Program-made: the position numbers and the translations under genes
In this document: positions 43,829 to 51,934 of the stretch, piece after piece
Position numbering within the stretch: the stretch's first letter is position 1
Layout of the letters: each line of letters begins with the position of its first letter
Notes under the pieces: generated by a model
What the model saw: the letters and a program-made list of their open reading frames with translations, nothing else
Told to the model about the DNA's origin: nothing
Databases searched by the model: none
DNA from: Nanobdellota archaeon
GTDB lineage: Archaea > Nanobdellota > Nanobdellia > Parvarchaeales > Parvarchaeaceae
Direction of reading: 5' to 3'
DNA: 64,000 nucleotides
Assembly: GCA_021794235.1 (NCBI GenBank)
Contig: JAJYRE010000004.1
Location: 10,920-74,919 of the forward strand

Positions 43829-46796
43829 GATATAGGAATGCTATCGATGTAAGCGCACCGTTGTTACTGTTATTGCTATAGTCATATCCGTTCCCATCCA
43901 GAGGGAGCCACGCTATTAGCTTTTCAAGATGAACAGGTTCCGCTCCTATCCCTGCATTGTATAAGTGGTTTATATCTAGAAGTGAGAGTGCTGTATCATA
44001 CATCTGCACGTTCGCCGTCTGTCCGTTCATTTGGCTACTTCCAAGTTCAGTCGCAGGAGTAGCGTACGGTGCTGGCTGGTTGAGGGTATAGGTAGAGTTA
44101 CTGCACTTTAAATCTGCGCATGATGCTATCCAGGCATTTCCAGGCGAGTTGTACTTGAGGATACCAGTAACCAATACCCATTTGTTGTACGGGACGTAAA
44201 CGTTCGGTGTCACTCTATTGTTCGCGCCAGTGCCGCATGACTGATTCCATTCTACCAAGTTTATGAAGTAACCAGTGGAATTATCCGGAAATTGCTGTAA
44301 TCCCGAAGTACAGCCTTGATTCTCCTGGAGCAGGTCCCTGCAAGGGAAACCCCCATTGCAGTTTCCATACGCATGCTTTAAATTCACCCAAACACTTAGC
44401 GTGTAGCTGTCACCCCCATTCCATATCTTGGCCGTGCTGGCAGTACCCGGTACCGCAATATTGCTTGCATTCGTGAAGTTAGCTACAGAATACTGATATC
44501 CATAGCTGCTTACAGTCGATCCACCTGATACCTGCCCTATGTTTATAGACGGCATCACATCGTTTGGAGGATATGCCCTTACTCTCATCCATTGCACAGT
44601 CATAGTGTTGCTAGTGCTCGATGCATATACCCCAGTAGAGATAAATACAGAAGACGGGAGTGCAAGGTCTCCAGAGGAGGCATTAAAACTCAAATAATTT
44701 TTATAGTAATACTGTGCCGATGAAGACGTCCAAGTCTGTCCGTTCACCCCAGGTACAACTATCTGTAAGTTTATATTCTGTGTTCCACTCATCCCGCCAG
44801 ACATCGACCCTTCTCCTATACTTCCCGACCATTCATTAAAGTCGTATCCGTCCGAAGACGCGAGGTTACCATTCTGCTGCGCTATGCCGCCGCTCTCGGC
44901 CCCTCCAGATTGAGATGTTATATAAGCTTCGGATATTACAGGCGGAGTGTATCCCGTTCCCCATATTATACCTACGTTGTTGGCGCTGCCCGTGGAGAAA
45001 GTTATTCCGTTATTAACAGTTATCGACGCTCCGGACGGTACCTGTGTAGAGAATCCGAACGGCACGCTGCTCCCGGAGAAATTCCAATAGTTTATGAATA
45101 TCTTCCCCCCGTTGTCGTATTGTCCGTACGCTGGTGACAGCTGTGGAGCCTCTCCCACATTTATTCCGTTGAACAAGTTTATGGACGGGTCGGCAAATCC
45201 TATGTACGCATTTATAGTCGTGTTTGCGGGTATGCCATTACCCAGTTTCAGCCAATAAACTGCAGTCGAAGAGGACGTTCCCGACTCAAGCCATGAAGGT
45301 ATCACACTGCCGTTGGCATAGAAGAATTCAACGTTTTGCAGGTTCGAAGCTTCGTACATCTGGTATTTGGTTGCGTTTATGACAACCTGTTGCTGGAATG
45401 GTGCCGGTGTCGCAGTCGGCTGGTCATTTGTGATTGATATCGGTGCATAATATCCTATATATTGCGGCAGAGTCGGCGGGAGAAGCGCGCTGGGCATCAC
45501 GCCATTCGGAGGGTAGGCCGCTGTGGCCATCCAGTCCACGTAATCGTTCTCCTGCACGCTTAAGCTTGCTGTTGCCAGCCCAAAGTAGAGATTTCCCGTG
45601 CTTGGAATATAGTTTTGATAACTTATACTATTGGTTCCTGTAGTCGTCTGAATACTCCCTGTTACATCAGCAGCGCCGGGGACATATGCGAGCTGATAAG
45701 CGTCCCAGATTGGGCCACCGCCTTCTACTGTGCTGCTTCCTCCAAAGTTTCCGCTCTGGAGCCATGTTATCGACACAGTGGTTCCATTACCCTGCACATA
45801 GTTTATTCCCGCCGGTGAAGTTGACATGGAAGCCGCTCCGAGAGCTGCTATCGATCCCAGATAGGTACTACTTCCTATAGCCCCGGACAAAACAAGCATG
45901 GCCTGATTTGGCAGGTTAATATTCCTGGCGTAGTCAAATGCGCGTGCTCCTGTACCTGTACTGTGTATCGCCGTAGTGCTGCCGTAAGGACAGAAGCTAG
46001 TGTAACAGTTTATAGTAACTCTTGAAATCGAATAACCTGATTGGTTTAGGAAATCAGAAAGTGGATAAGCCGCGTTGAAATAGTTCTCAAATACATTCGC
46101 ACCGTTGTCGTATTTTCCGTAAACAGCAGATAGCTGTGGGGCCTCTCCCACTGTTACACCATTAAAGAGGTTTGTACTCTTGCCTGCAAATCCCATGTAT
46201 ATAGTTATAGATGAATGCGCGGGTATGCTCACGCCGAGCTTCAGCCAGTAAATAGACTTAGACGATGAGTTTCCTATCTCAAGCCATGAAGGTATCACAC
46301 TGCCGTTGGCATAGAAGAATTCAACGTTTTGCAGGTTCGAAGCTTCGTACTGCTGGTATCTTTTAGAATCTATCATTATTTTCTGCCGGTATGGATCCGC
46401 TGTAGCGACTGACTGCGTGTTTTGTAGAGTTATCGGAACGGTACTTATCTGCGTCAGAATGTTCTGCGTCTGTGGTGGCGTAGAATTAAGAACGTTTAGA
46501 TTATTCGCTATCGCGCTATAAGTAAAATTATAGTTAACCAGATAATTTTTAATCATATTGGTTATCGTAGAGTTTAAAACGTTAAAGTTTGAGGAATTTA
46601 CATTCAGTGAATTCAGCTGCGAATATAGACTTAGGATACTGGAATATCCGTTTCTCAGAACCGTGAAAGAAGTCGTAAGTGTCTGGCCGTTTTTGTTGCT
46701 GCTGAGATTGTAATACTCCACACTAAGCACCGCCAGAATGGTAATTATCAGCATAACCAGAAAGAACATCGTTATCAGCTGGCCTCTCGAGTTCAT
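43818..46796 (-). CDS. 992-aa surface protein: pilin-like signal, two DUF2341-like modules, LamG/ConA-like C-terminal region
   Basis: N-terminus MNSRG|QLITMFFLVMLIITILAVL (G-1/Q+1). The duplicated ~330-aa module contains YEASNLQNVEFFYANGSVIPSWLE..YWLKL...I.A......Y.GFA....NLFNG..VGEAPQLS..YG.YDNG, which resembles DUF2341 as I recall it. The C-terminal part resembles LamG-type lectin folds. Many sequons. Confidence 0.65.
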   Translation of the reverse strand: MNSRGQLITMFFLVMLIITILAVLSVEYYNLSSNKNGQTLTTSFTVLRNGYSSILSLYSQLNSLNVNSSNFNVLNSTITNMIKNYLVNYNFTYSAIANNLNVLNSTPPQTQNILTQISTVPITLQNTQSVATADPYRQKIMIDSKRYQQYEASNLQNVEFFYANGSVIPSWLEIGNSSSKSIYWLKLGVSIPAHSSITIYMGFAGKSTNLFNGVTVGEAPQLSAVYGKYDNGANVFENYFNAAYPLSDFLNQSGYSISRVTINCYTSFCPYGSTTAIHSTGTGARAFDYARNINLPNQAMLVLSGAIGSSTYLGSIAALGAASMSTSPAGINYVQGNGTTVSITWLQSGNFGGSSTVEGGGPIWDAYQLAYVPGAADVTGSIQTTTGTNSISYQNYIPSTGNLYFGLATASLSVQENDYVDWMATAAYPPNGVMPSALLPPTLPQYIGYYAPISITNDQPTATPAPFQQQVVINATKYQMYEASNLQNVEFFYANGSVIPSWLESGTSSSTAVYWLKLGNGIPANTTINAYIGFADPSINLFNGINVGEAPQLSPAYGQYDNGGKIFINYWNFSGSSVPFGFSTQVPSGASITVNNGITFSTGSANNVGIIWGTGYTPPVISEAYITSQSGGAESGGIAQQNGNLASSDGYDFNEWSGSIGEGSMSGGMSGTQNINLQIVVPGVNGQTWTSSSAQYYYKNYLSFNASSGDLALPSSVFISTGVYASSTSNTMTVQWMRVRAYPPNDVMPSINIGQVSGGSTVSSYGYQYSVANFTNASNIAVPGTASTAKIWNGGDSYTLSVWVNLKHAYGNCNGGFPCRDLLQENQGCTSGLQQFPDNSTGYFINLVEWNQSCGTGANNRVTPNVYVPYNKWVLVTGILKYNSPGNAWIASCADLKCSNSTYTLNQPAPYATPATELGSSQMNGQTANVQMYDTALSLLDINHLYNAGIGAEPVHLEKLIAWLPLDGNGYDYSNNSNNGALTSIAFLYPNP
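45285..45357. repeat. 73-nt perfect intragenic repeat, copy 1
   Basis: ctcaagccatgaaggtatcacactgccgttggcatagaagaattcaacgttttgcaggttcgaagcttcgtac is identical to 46278-46350. Confidence 0.95.
46278..46350. repeat. 73-nt perfect intragenic repeat, copy 2
   Basis: Identical to 45285-45357. Both copies encode YEASNLQNVEFFYANGSVIPSWLE on the minus strand. Confidence 0.95.
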
Positions 46797-46829
46797 AAAG
46801 TAATATATAAAACTTAAATATTTAATGCT

Positions 46830-48425
46830 ATGGCTGGATTAAAATCAAAAGATATGGAATCGACGAGTTCAGTAAGAGCAGATTTCCTTTCCGAGCTTAC
46901 GAATCTGCTGCACAACGGGCAGATAAAGGACAGATCTACACTGCTGTCGGAGAAGCGGAGGGTATGTAGGTCTTTGGGTATGGGGATAATACCAAAGAAC
47001 GGGGAGATACTGTCGATGCTAAAAGAGGAGGACAGGGTTAAATTTTACTCTATTTTTAGATCAAAGCCGATACGCGTGCTTTCCGGAGTGAACGTGGTTG
47101 CTTTGATGACAAAGCCTTTCGACTGCCCGCACGGTGTATGCCTATTCTGTCCGGGCGGAACCAGATTTAATACACCGCAGAGCTACACAGGATTCGAACC
47201 CGCGGCCAGAAGGGCGGCTATGAACTCCTATGACCCTTACAAGCAGGTTACTGCAAGATTGAATCACTACCTGTTCATGGGATACTCTCCGCAGAAGATA
47301 GAGGCGATACTCATAGGCGGTACATTCACCACCCTCCCGAAGGAGTATCGATATGACTTCGTCGTAAATATTTACAGAGCACTAAATGAGTTTTACGGCA
47401 AGAAAGTGGAAGGAGGGCTCTACGAGCAGAAGAAGGCTAATGAGGTGGCGGAAATAAGATGCGTGGCTATGGCTGCCGAAACAAAGCCGGAGAGATGCAG
47501 CGACGATGATATAAAACAGCTGCTAGAATTAGGCGTCACAAGGGTCGAGATGGGCGTGCAGAGCGTTTTCGATGAAGTACTAGCAAGAAACAACAGGGGC
47601 CACACCATAAAGGATGTGATGGACACAACTAAGAGACTTAGAGACAGTGCCTACAAGGTTGACTATCACGTTATGATCAACCTGCCCTTATCAGACATCG
47701 ATAAGGATAGAGAAACGATAAAGAGCATATATACAAGCGAGGACTTCAAGCCGGATGCGATAAAAATCTACCCCACACTCGTGATAAAAGGCACGGGACT
47801 TTATGCGTTATGGGAACGCGGAGGGCATAGAGTCTATCCTATAGAGGATGTGATAAGCCTTATCGCGGAAGCCGAGATCACCGCTCCTAAATGGCTGAGG
47901 ATAATGAGGGTCGAGAGGGACATTCCTTCAGATATGATTGAAGACGGGATCAAGATTACAAATCTCAGACAGCTTGTCCAGGATAAATTGGATTCCGAGG
48001 GGAAGTCTGCTAAGGATATCAGGGCTCGTGAGGTGGGTCATGTATCTATATCCAAGAAACCTGAGGTGCTTTTGGAACGTGAGAACTATCGTGCTAGCGG
48101 AGGGGATGAGATATTTTTGAGCTTTGAAGATCGTGCGAATTCAGCCCTCATAGGATTTTTAAGACTAAGGATATCAGATGCGAGAGATGCGGCACTTGTG
48201 AGGGAACTTCATATATATGGAGAAGCTACTAATATTGGTGAGGCTGCAGACGGCAGCCAGCAGCACAAAGGCTTCGGAAGAGATCTTCTGATTGAAGCGG
48301 AGCGCATCGCCAGAAATGAGTACTCCCTTAGAAAGATCAAAATAATATCAGGAGTCGGTGTAAGAGAATATTACAGGAAGTTCGGCTACAGCCTAGAAAA
48401 CGAGTATATGGTTAAGGAGATTTGA
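46830..48425 (+). CDS. elp3: Elp3 homologue (radical-SAM/GNAT tRNA U34 modification enzyme)
   Basis: 531 aa. Radical-SAM cluster CPHGVCLFCPGG, ..VEMGVQSV.DEVL...NRGHT.., C-terminal GNAT (QHKGFGRDLLIEAERIA). Confidence 0.9.
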   Translation: MAGLKSKDMESTSSVRADFLSELTNLLHNGQIKDRSTLLSEKRRVCRSLGMGIIPKNGEILSMLKEEDRVKFYSIFRSKPIRVLSGVNVVALMTKPFDCPHGVCLFCPGGTRFNTPQSYTGFEPAARRAAMNSYDPYKQVTARLNHYLFMGYSPQKIEAILIGGTFTTLPKEYRYDFVVNIYRALNEFYGKKVEGGLYEQKKANEVAEIRCVAMAAETKPERCSDDDIKQLLELGVTRVEMGVQSVFDEVLARNNRGHTIKDVMDTTKRLRDSAYKVDYHVMINLPLSDIDKDRETIKSIYTSEDFKPDAIKIYPTLVIKGTGLYALWERGGHRVYPIEDVISLIAEAEITAPKWLRIMRVERDIPSDMIEDGIKITNLRQLVQDKLDSEGKSAKDIRAREVGHVSISKKPEVLLERENYRASGGDEIFLSFEDRANSALIGFLRLRISDARDAALVRELHIYGEATNIGEAADGSQQHKGFGRDLLIEAERIARNEYSLRKIKIISGVGVREYYRKFGYSLENEYMVKEI

Positions 48426-48934
48426 TGGAAGAGCAGATAACAATGAGCAGGATACGGGTGAAAGAACTGGAAAAGAACAAAAAGCTTTTCATGAAGATGT
48501 CCGAATCCGGCGTTGATGCTTCTATCGATGGGAACATAGTCACACTGTCGTCAGACAGCGCTTATGCGCTTATGCTGGCGAAGAATGTTGTGGTGGCTTT
48601 CAACAGGGGTTTTGAGTATTCGCAGGCGATACTGCTCCTTAAGGATGATTATGACATCTCAGTTATGGGTCTCAGGGATTTTTCATCCTCCAAAAAAAGA
48701 CAGGAGCAGCTGAAAGGAAGAGTTATAGGGAGCAGAGGCATGATAAAGCAGAGATTGATGAAAGAAACCGGATGTTATATAAAGGTGTACGGAAAGAATG
48801 TAAGTATACTCGGCCCGGTCGAGAATATACCTCTGGCTGAGTCGGCAATCGAAATGATTTTAAATGGCGCGAAACATGATAATGTGTTTTCGATGATAAA
48901 TAGAAAGAAAGCAGAAGGACAAAAATGGAAGTAG
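48422..48934 (+). CDS. KH-domain RNA-binding protein (archaeal Dim2/Pno1-like)
   Basis: 170 aa. GxxG loop in GRVIGSRGMIKQRLMKETGCYIKVYG. Tandem KH-like organisation. Confidence 0.65.
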   Translation: MMEEQITMSRIRVKELEKNKKLFMKMSESGVDASIDGNIVTLSSDSAYALMLAKNVVVAFNRGFEYSQAILLLKDDYDISVMGLRDFSSSKKRQEQLKGRVIGSRGMIKQRLMKETGCYIKVYGKNVSILGPVENIPLAESAIEMILNGAKHDNVFSMINRKKAEGQKWK

Positions 48935-50793
48935 CAGAAGAACTCGCAAAGAAACAGCGTGCAATCAGTGTAACGGAATTCTTCGAGAAGAACAGGCACC
49001 TGCTCGGTTTTGACAATAAGCAGAAAGCTCTGCTGACATGCGTAAAGGAGGCCGTAGACAATTCTCTTGACGCCTGTGAAGAGCTCGGACACATACAGGA
49101 GAAGCACAAGCAGCAGGTTACCCTCCCGGAGATAACAGTGAACGTCAGACCGATGAGTGATAATTATCAGATAGTTGATGAAAAGACAAATGTGGCGCAG
49201 CTATTGGTGAAGAAGAGCGACTACACGCTGGTTTATAGGGGGAAGAGTGAAACAAAACAGATGCGCGGAGGCAAAGTATCGTTCAAGTTCGAAGATTCAA
49301 ACTTCACAATAACCGAGAACAATGAAAGACTGTCGGTCGAGATGAACGGCAATCATCTCAGCATGAAAAAGACGGCTCCGACTTTTCTCATCAAGATATT
49401 AGACAACGGTCCAGGAATACTTCCATCCAAGATACCCGACATATTCGGAAGGATGCTTTACGGAAGCAAGTTCCAGTCAATGAAGCAGGGAAGGGGACAG
49501 CAGGGTATAGGTATACACTCGGCGGTTCTGTACTCCCAGCTTACTACAGGTAAGTCCGCCAGAGTGGTGTCGAAAATAGCGTCGGCAAAGAAAGCGACGA
49601 TGATGCGCGTTCAGATAAACATACTAAAGAATGAGCCGGAAGTCATGGAAAAAGACGAAGAGGATTTTCCCTACGAGCACGGTACCCAGATAGAACTAGA
49701 GATAGAGGGAATCTATGTCAGTGGTGTAAAAGGAATCGATGAATACATAAGAAGAACATCATTGGTAAATCCTGCAGCGACGATACATTACATAGGGCCG
49801 AGCGAGGAAAAGGTAACATACAAGAGAGTCACTACGCAGCTGCCAAAGGAGCCATCCGCTATCAAACCGCATCCCCAGGGGCTCGAGATAGGCATATTCA
49901 TGAGAATACTCAAAAATTCCACAGAGAGGACACTGGTTTCCGTTCTTACAGAAGAGTTATCAAGAGTCAGCAGGGCTATAGCCGAATCAACAGTAAAGAG
50001 CGTCGGTCTCGATCCTAAAACCAAACCGGAGGAAGTCGACAGGGCGCAGGCTAACTCGCTTTTGAAGGCGCTGCAGTCTCTCGACCTTATGCGCCCGCAG
50101 ACGGACTGTCTTTCTCCTATAGGTGTTGAAGAACTTGAAAAGAGGCTCAAGCTAGAATTCAAGCCAGAGTACGTTAGAGCGATAAGCAGAAAGCCTGAAG
50201 TCTACAGAGGTATGCCGTTCCAGATAGAGACGGCTGTAGCTTACGGCGGAGAAATCAAGAACGAGAAGGCGCAGCTACTGAGGTTTGCTAATAAAATACC
50301 GCTGCTTTTCGATTCCGCATCATGCGCTTTGACCCAGAGTTTCGTAGGGGTCGATTACTCTAGATATGGCGTAAAGACAGAGAGCAAGATACCTCTAGGT
50401 CCATTCGTATTCATAATACACATAGCTTCGGTATGGGTACCTTACACGAGCGAGAGCAAGAACGCTGTAGCAAGTTATCCTATAATAACCAAAGAGATAA
50501 AACTTGCCCTTCAGGAACTCGTCAGGGACATGTCGAAATTCCTTAGCAAGAAACACAGAAGTGCTTTGTTTGAGGAAAGAATAAACCTTTTCGACAAATA
50601 CGGAGTGGAGCTCGCGTTCTCACTATCAAAACTAATAGAGGTGGATGAAAAGACAATCCAGAAAAAAATAGAATCATTCCTGGATAAGAAAAGATCCGAA
50701 GTGGCCGAGCACATTCAGGAGACGCTCAGTACAACTGATGTAGTCTCGACCAAGATATCCAGCGATTCCAGTGATAATGCAGGTGAAGAGTAA
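48925..50793 (+). CDS. top6B: DNA topoisomerase VI subunit B
   Basis: 622 aa. ISVTEFFEKNRHLLGFD, Bergerat N-box KEAVDNSLDACEE, G1 box DNGPGI, ..GRGQQGIG... Carries an unusually long insert between the N-box and the G1 box. Confidence 0.9.
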   Translation: MEVAEELAKKQRAISVTEFFEKNRHLLGFDNKQKALLTCVKEAVDNSLDACEELGHIQEKHKQQVTLPEITVNVRPMSDNYQIVDEKTNVAQLLVKKSDYTLVYRGKSETKQMRGGKVSFKFEDSNFTITENNERLSVEMNGNHLSMKKTAPTFLIKILDNGPGILPSKIPDIFGRMLYGSKFQSMKQGRGQQGIGIHSAVLYSQLTTGKSARVVSKIASAKKATMMRVQINILKNEPEVMEKDEEDFPYEHGTQIELEIEGIYVSGVKGIDEYIRRTSLVNPAATIHYIGPSEEKVTYKRVTTQLPKEPSAIKPHPQGLEIGIFMRILKNSTERTLVSVLTEELSRVSRAIAESTVKSVGLDPKTKPEEVDRAQANSLLKALQSLDLMRPQTDCLSPIGVEELEKRLKLEFKPEYVRAISRKPEVYRGMPFQIETAVAYGGEIKNEKAQLLRFANKIPLLFDSASCALTQSFVGVDYSRYGVKTESKIPLGPFVFIIHIASVWVPYTSESKNAVASYPIITKEIKLALQELVRDMSKFLSKKHRSALFEERINLFDKYGVELAFSLSKLIEVDEKTIQKKIESFLDKKRSEVAEHIQETLSTTDVVSTKISSDSSDNAGEE

Positions 50794-51890
50794 TGGCAGA
50801 GACATCTAAGAACAGAAAGGACAGGATAGACACACTTACAAATTTAGGAAACAATCTGTACAAGCAGATATCAAAGGGAGAAAACCCCTACATAACAGTG
50901 CCGATAAGAGGACTTTCAAACGTAAAATACAGTGAAGAGAAGAGGATACTTACGCTCGGAAGCGGAGTTTCAAGAAGATATTTCTTAAATGTAGGACACG
51001 TGAGGAAATTCGTACAGACAGTAGCGGTGGCTTCGCTGAGTAAAAACCTTATAGACAGCGACAAGCACACAAGTCTTAGGGACGTTTTCTACCAGCTAAG
51101 AAGGACAATACCGGGAACCAAGATAGATGTGGTCGACGATCAGACGGAGACCGACAAGGCGATAGAGGATCTAGAGCTAGTAACTGACCTTACAAGAGAA
51201 CAGCTTCACATAACCGCCAACAGGGCGGGTGCTGTGGCCGGCGACGTCGTGATAGAAGACAGAGGCGATACTATAGACTGGTCAAAAATGGGGAGCGGAG
51301 GTTGGGCCATACCAAGCACGACCGAAGACATAGATTTCAAGAGCGTAAAGGCAAAATTTGTGATATACATGGAGAAGCAGGCAATATGGGACAGGCTTAA
51401 CGAGGATAAGACTTGGAAGAAGCTAAACTGCGTAATAATCGCAAGCCAGGGGCAAGCCACGAGGGGGATAAGAAGGCTTCTTCAGAGGCTGTACTACGAG
51501 CAGAAGCTTCCGGTTTATGTTCTTACGGACTTCGATCCTTGGGGTTTCTACATATACTCTGCTATAAAATTCGGTTCGATAGCACTTGCACACGCTTCTG
51601 AGAAGCTCGCACTTCCTGAGGCGAAGTTCATGGGTCTGCTTGCGGAAGACATAGAACAGTATGACCTGAAGAGGCACCTGATTAAATTTAAGGATGTGGA
51701 CGCAAACAGGCTTAAACAGATCAAGGGTTACGATTGGTTCAAGGACAATAAGGCATGGATGGAGGAATTCAACAGGATGGAGAAGCTGGGTGCGAAAGTA
51801 GAGCTTAACGCCTTCACCGCAAAGGGGTTGTCCTTCATGTCGGAGCACTATCTCCCGGACAAACTTAAGGAAAAGGATTTCTTGGATTAG
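50793..51890 (+). CDS. top6A: DNA topoisomerase VI subunit A (Spo11 family)
   Basis: 365 aa. ..RDVFYQLRR.. (catalytic Tyr region) and TOPRIM VIYMEKQAIW...VLTDFDPWGFYI. ATG overlaps the top6B stop. Confidence 0.9.
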   Translation: MAETSKNRKDRIDTLTNLGNNLYKQISKGENPYITVPIRGLSNVKYSEEKRILTLGSGVSRRYFLNVGHVRKFVQTVAVASLSKNLIDSDKHTSLRDVFYQLRRTIPGTKIDVVDDQTETDKAIEDLELVTDLTREQLHITANRAGAVAGDVVIEDRGDTIDWSKMGSGGWAIPSTTEDIDFKSVKAKFVIYMEKQAIWDRLNEDKTWKKLNCVIIASQGQATRGIRRLLQRLYYEQKLPVYVLTDFDPWGFYIYSAIKFGSIALAHASEKLALPEAKFMGLLAEDIEQYDLKRHLIKFKDVDANRLKQIKGYDWFKDNKAWMEEFNRMEKLGAKVELNAFTAKGLSFMSEHYLPDKLKEKDFLD

Positions 51891-51934
51891 ACGGTTATTT
51901 TCAACTATTATAACGGTAATAGCCTAAATTTACT

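Noticed and set aside
47190-47205. ggattcgaacccgcgg, which looks like the reverse complement of a tRNA T-arm
   Set aside because: It lies in-frame inside elp3 (..YTGFEPAARRA..). No acceptor, D or anticodon arms can be built around it.
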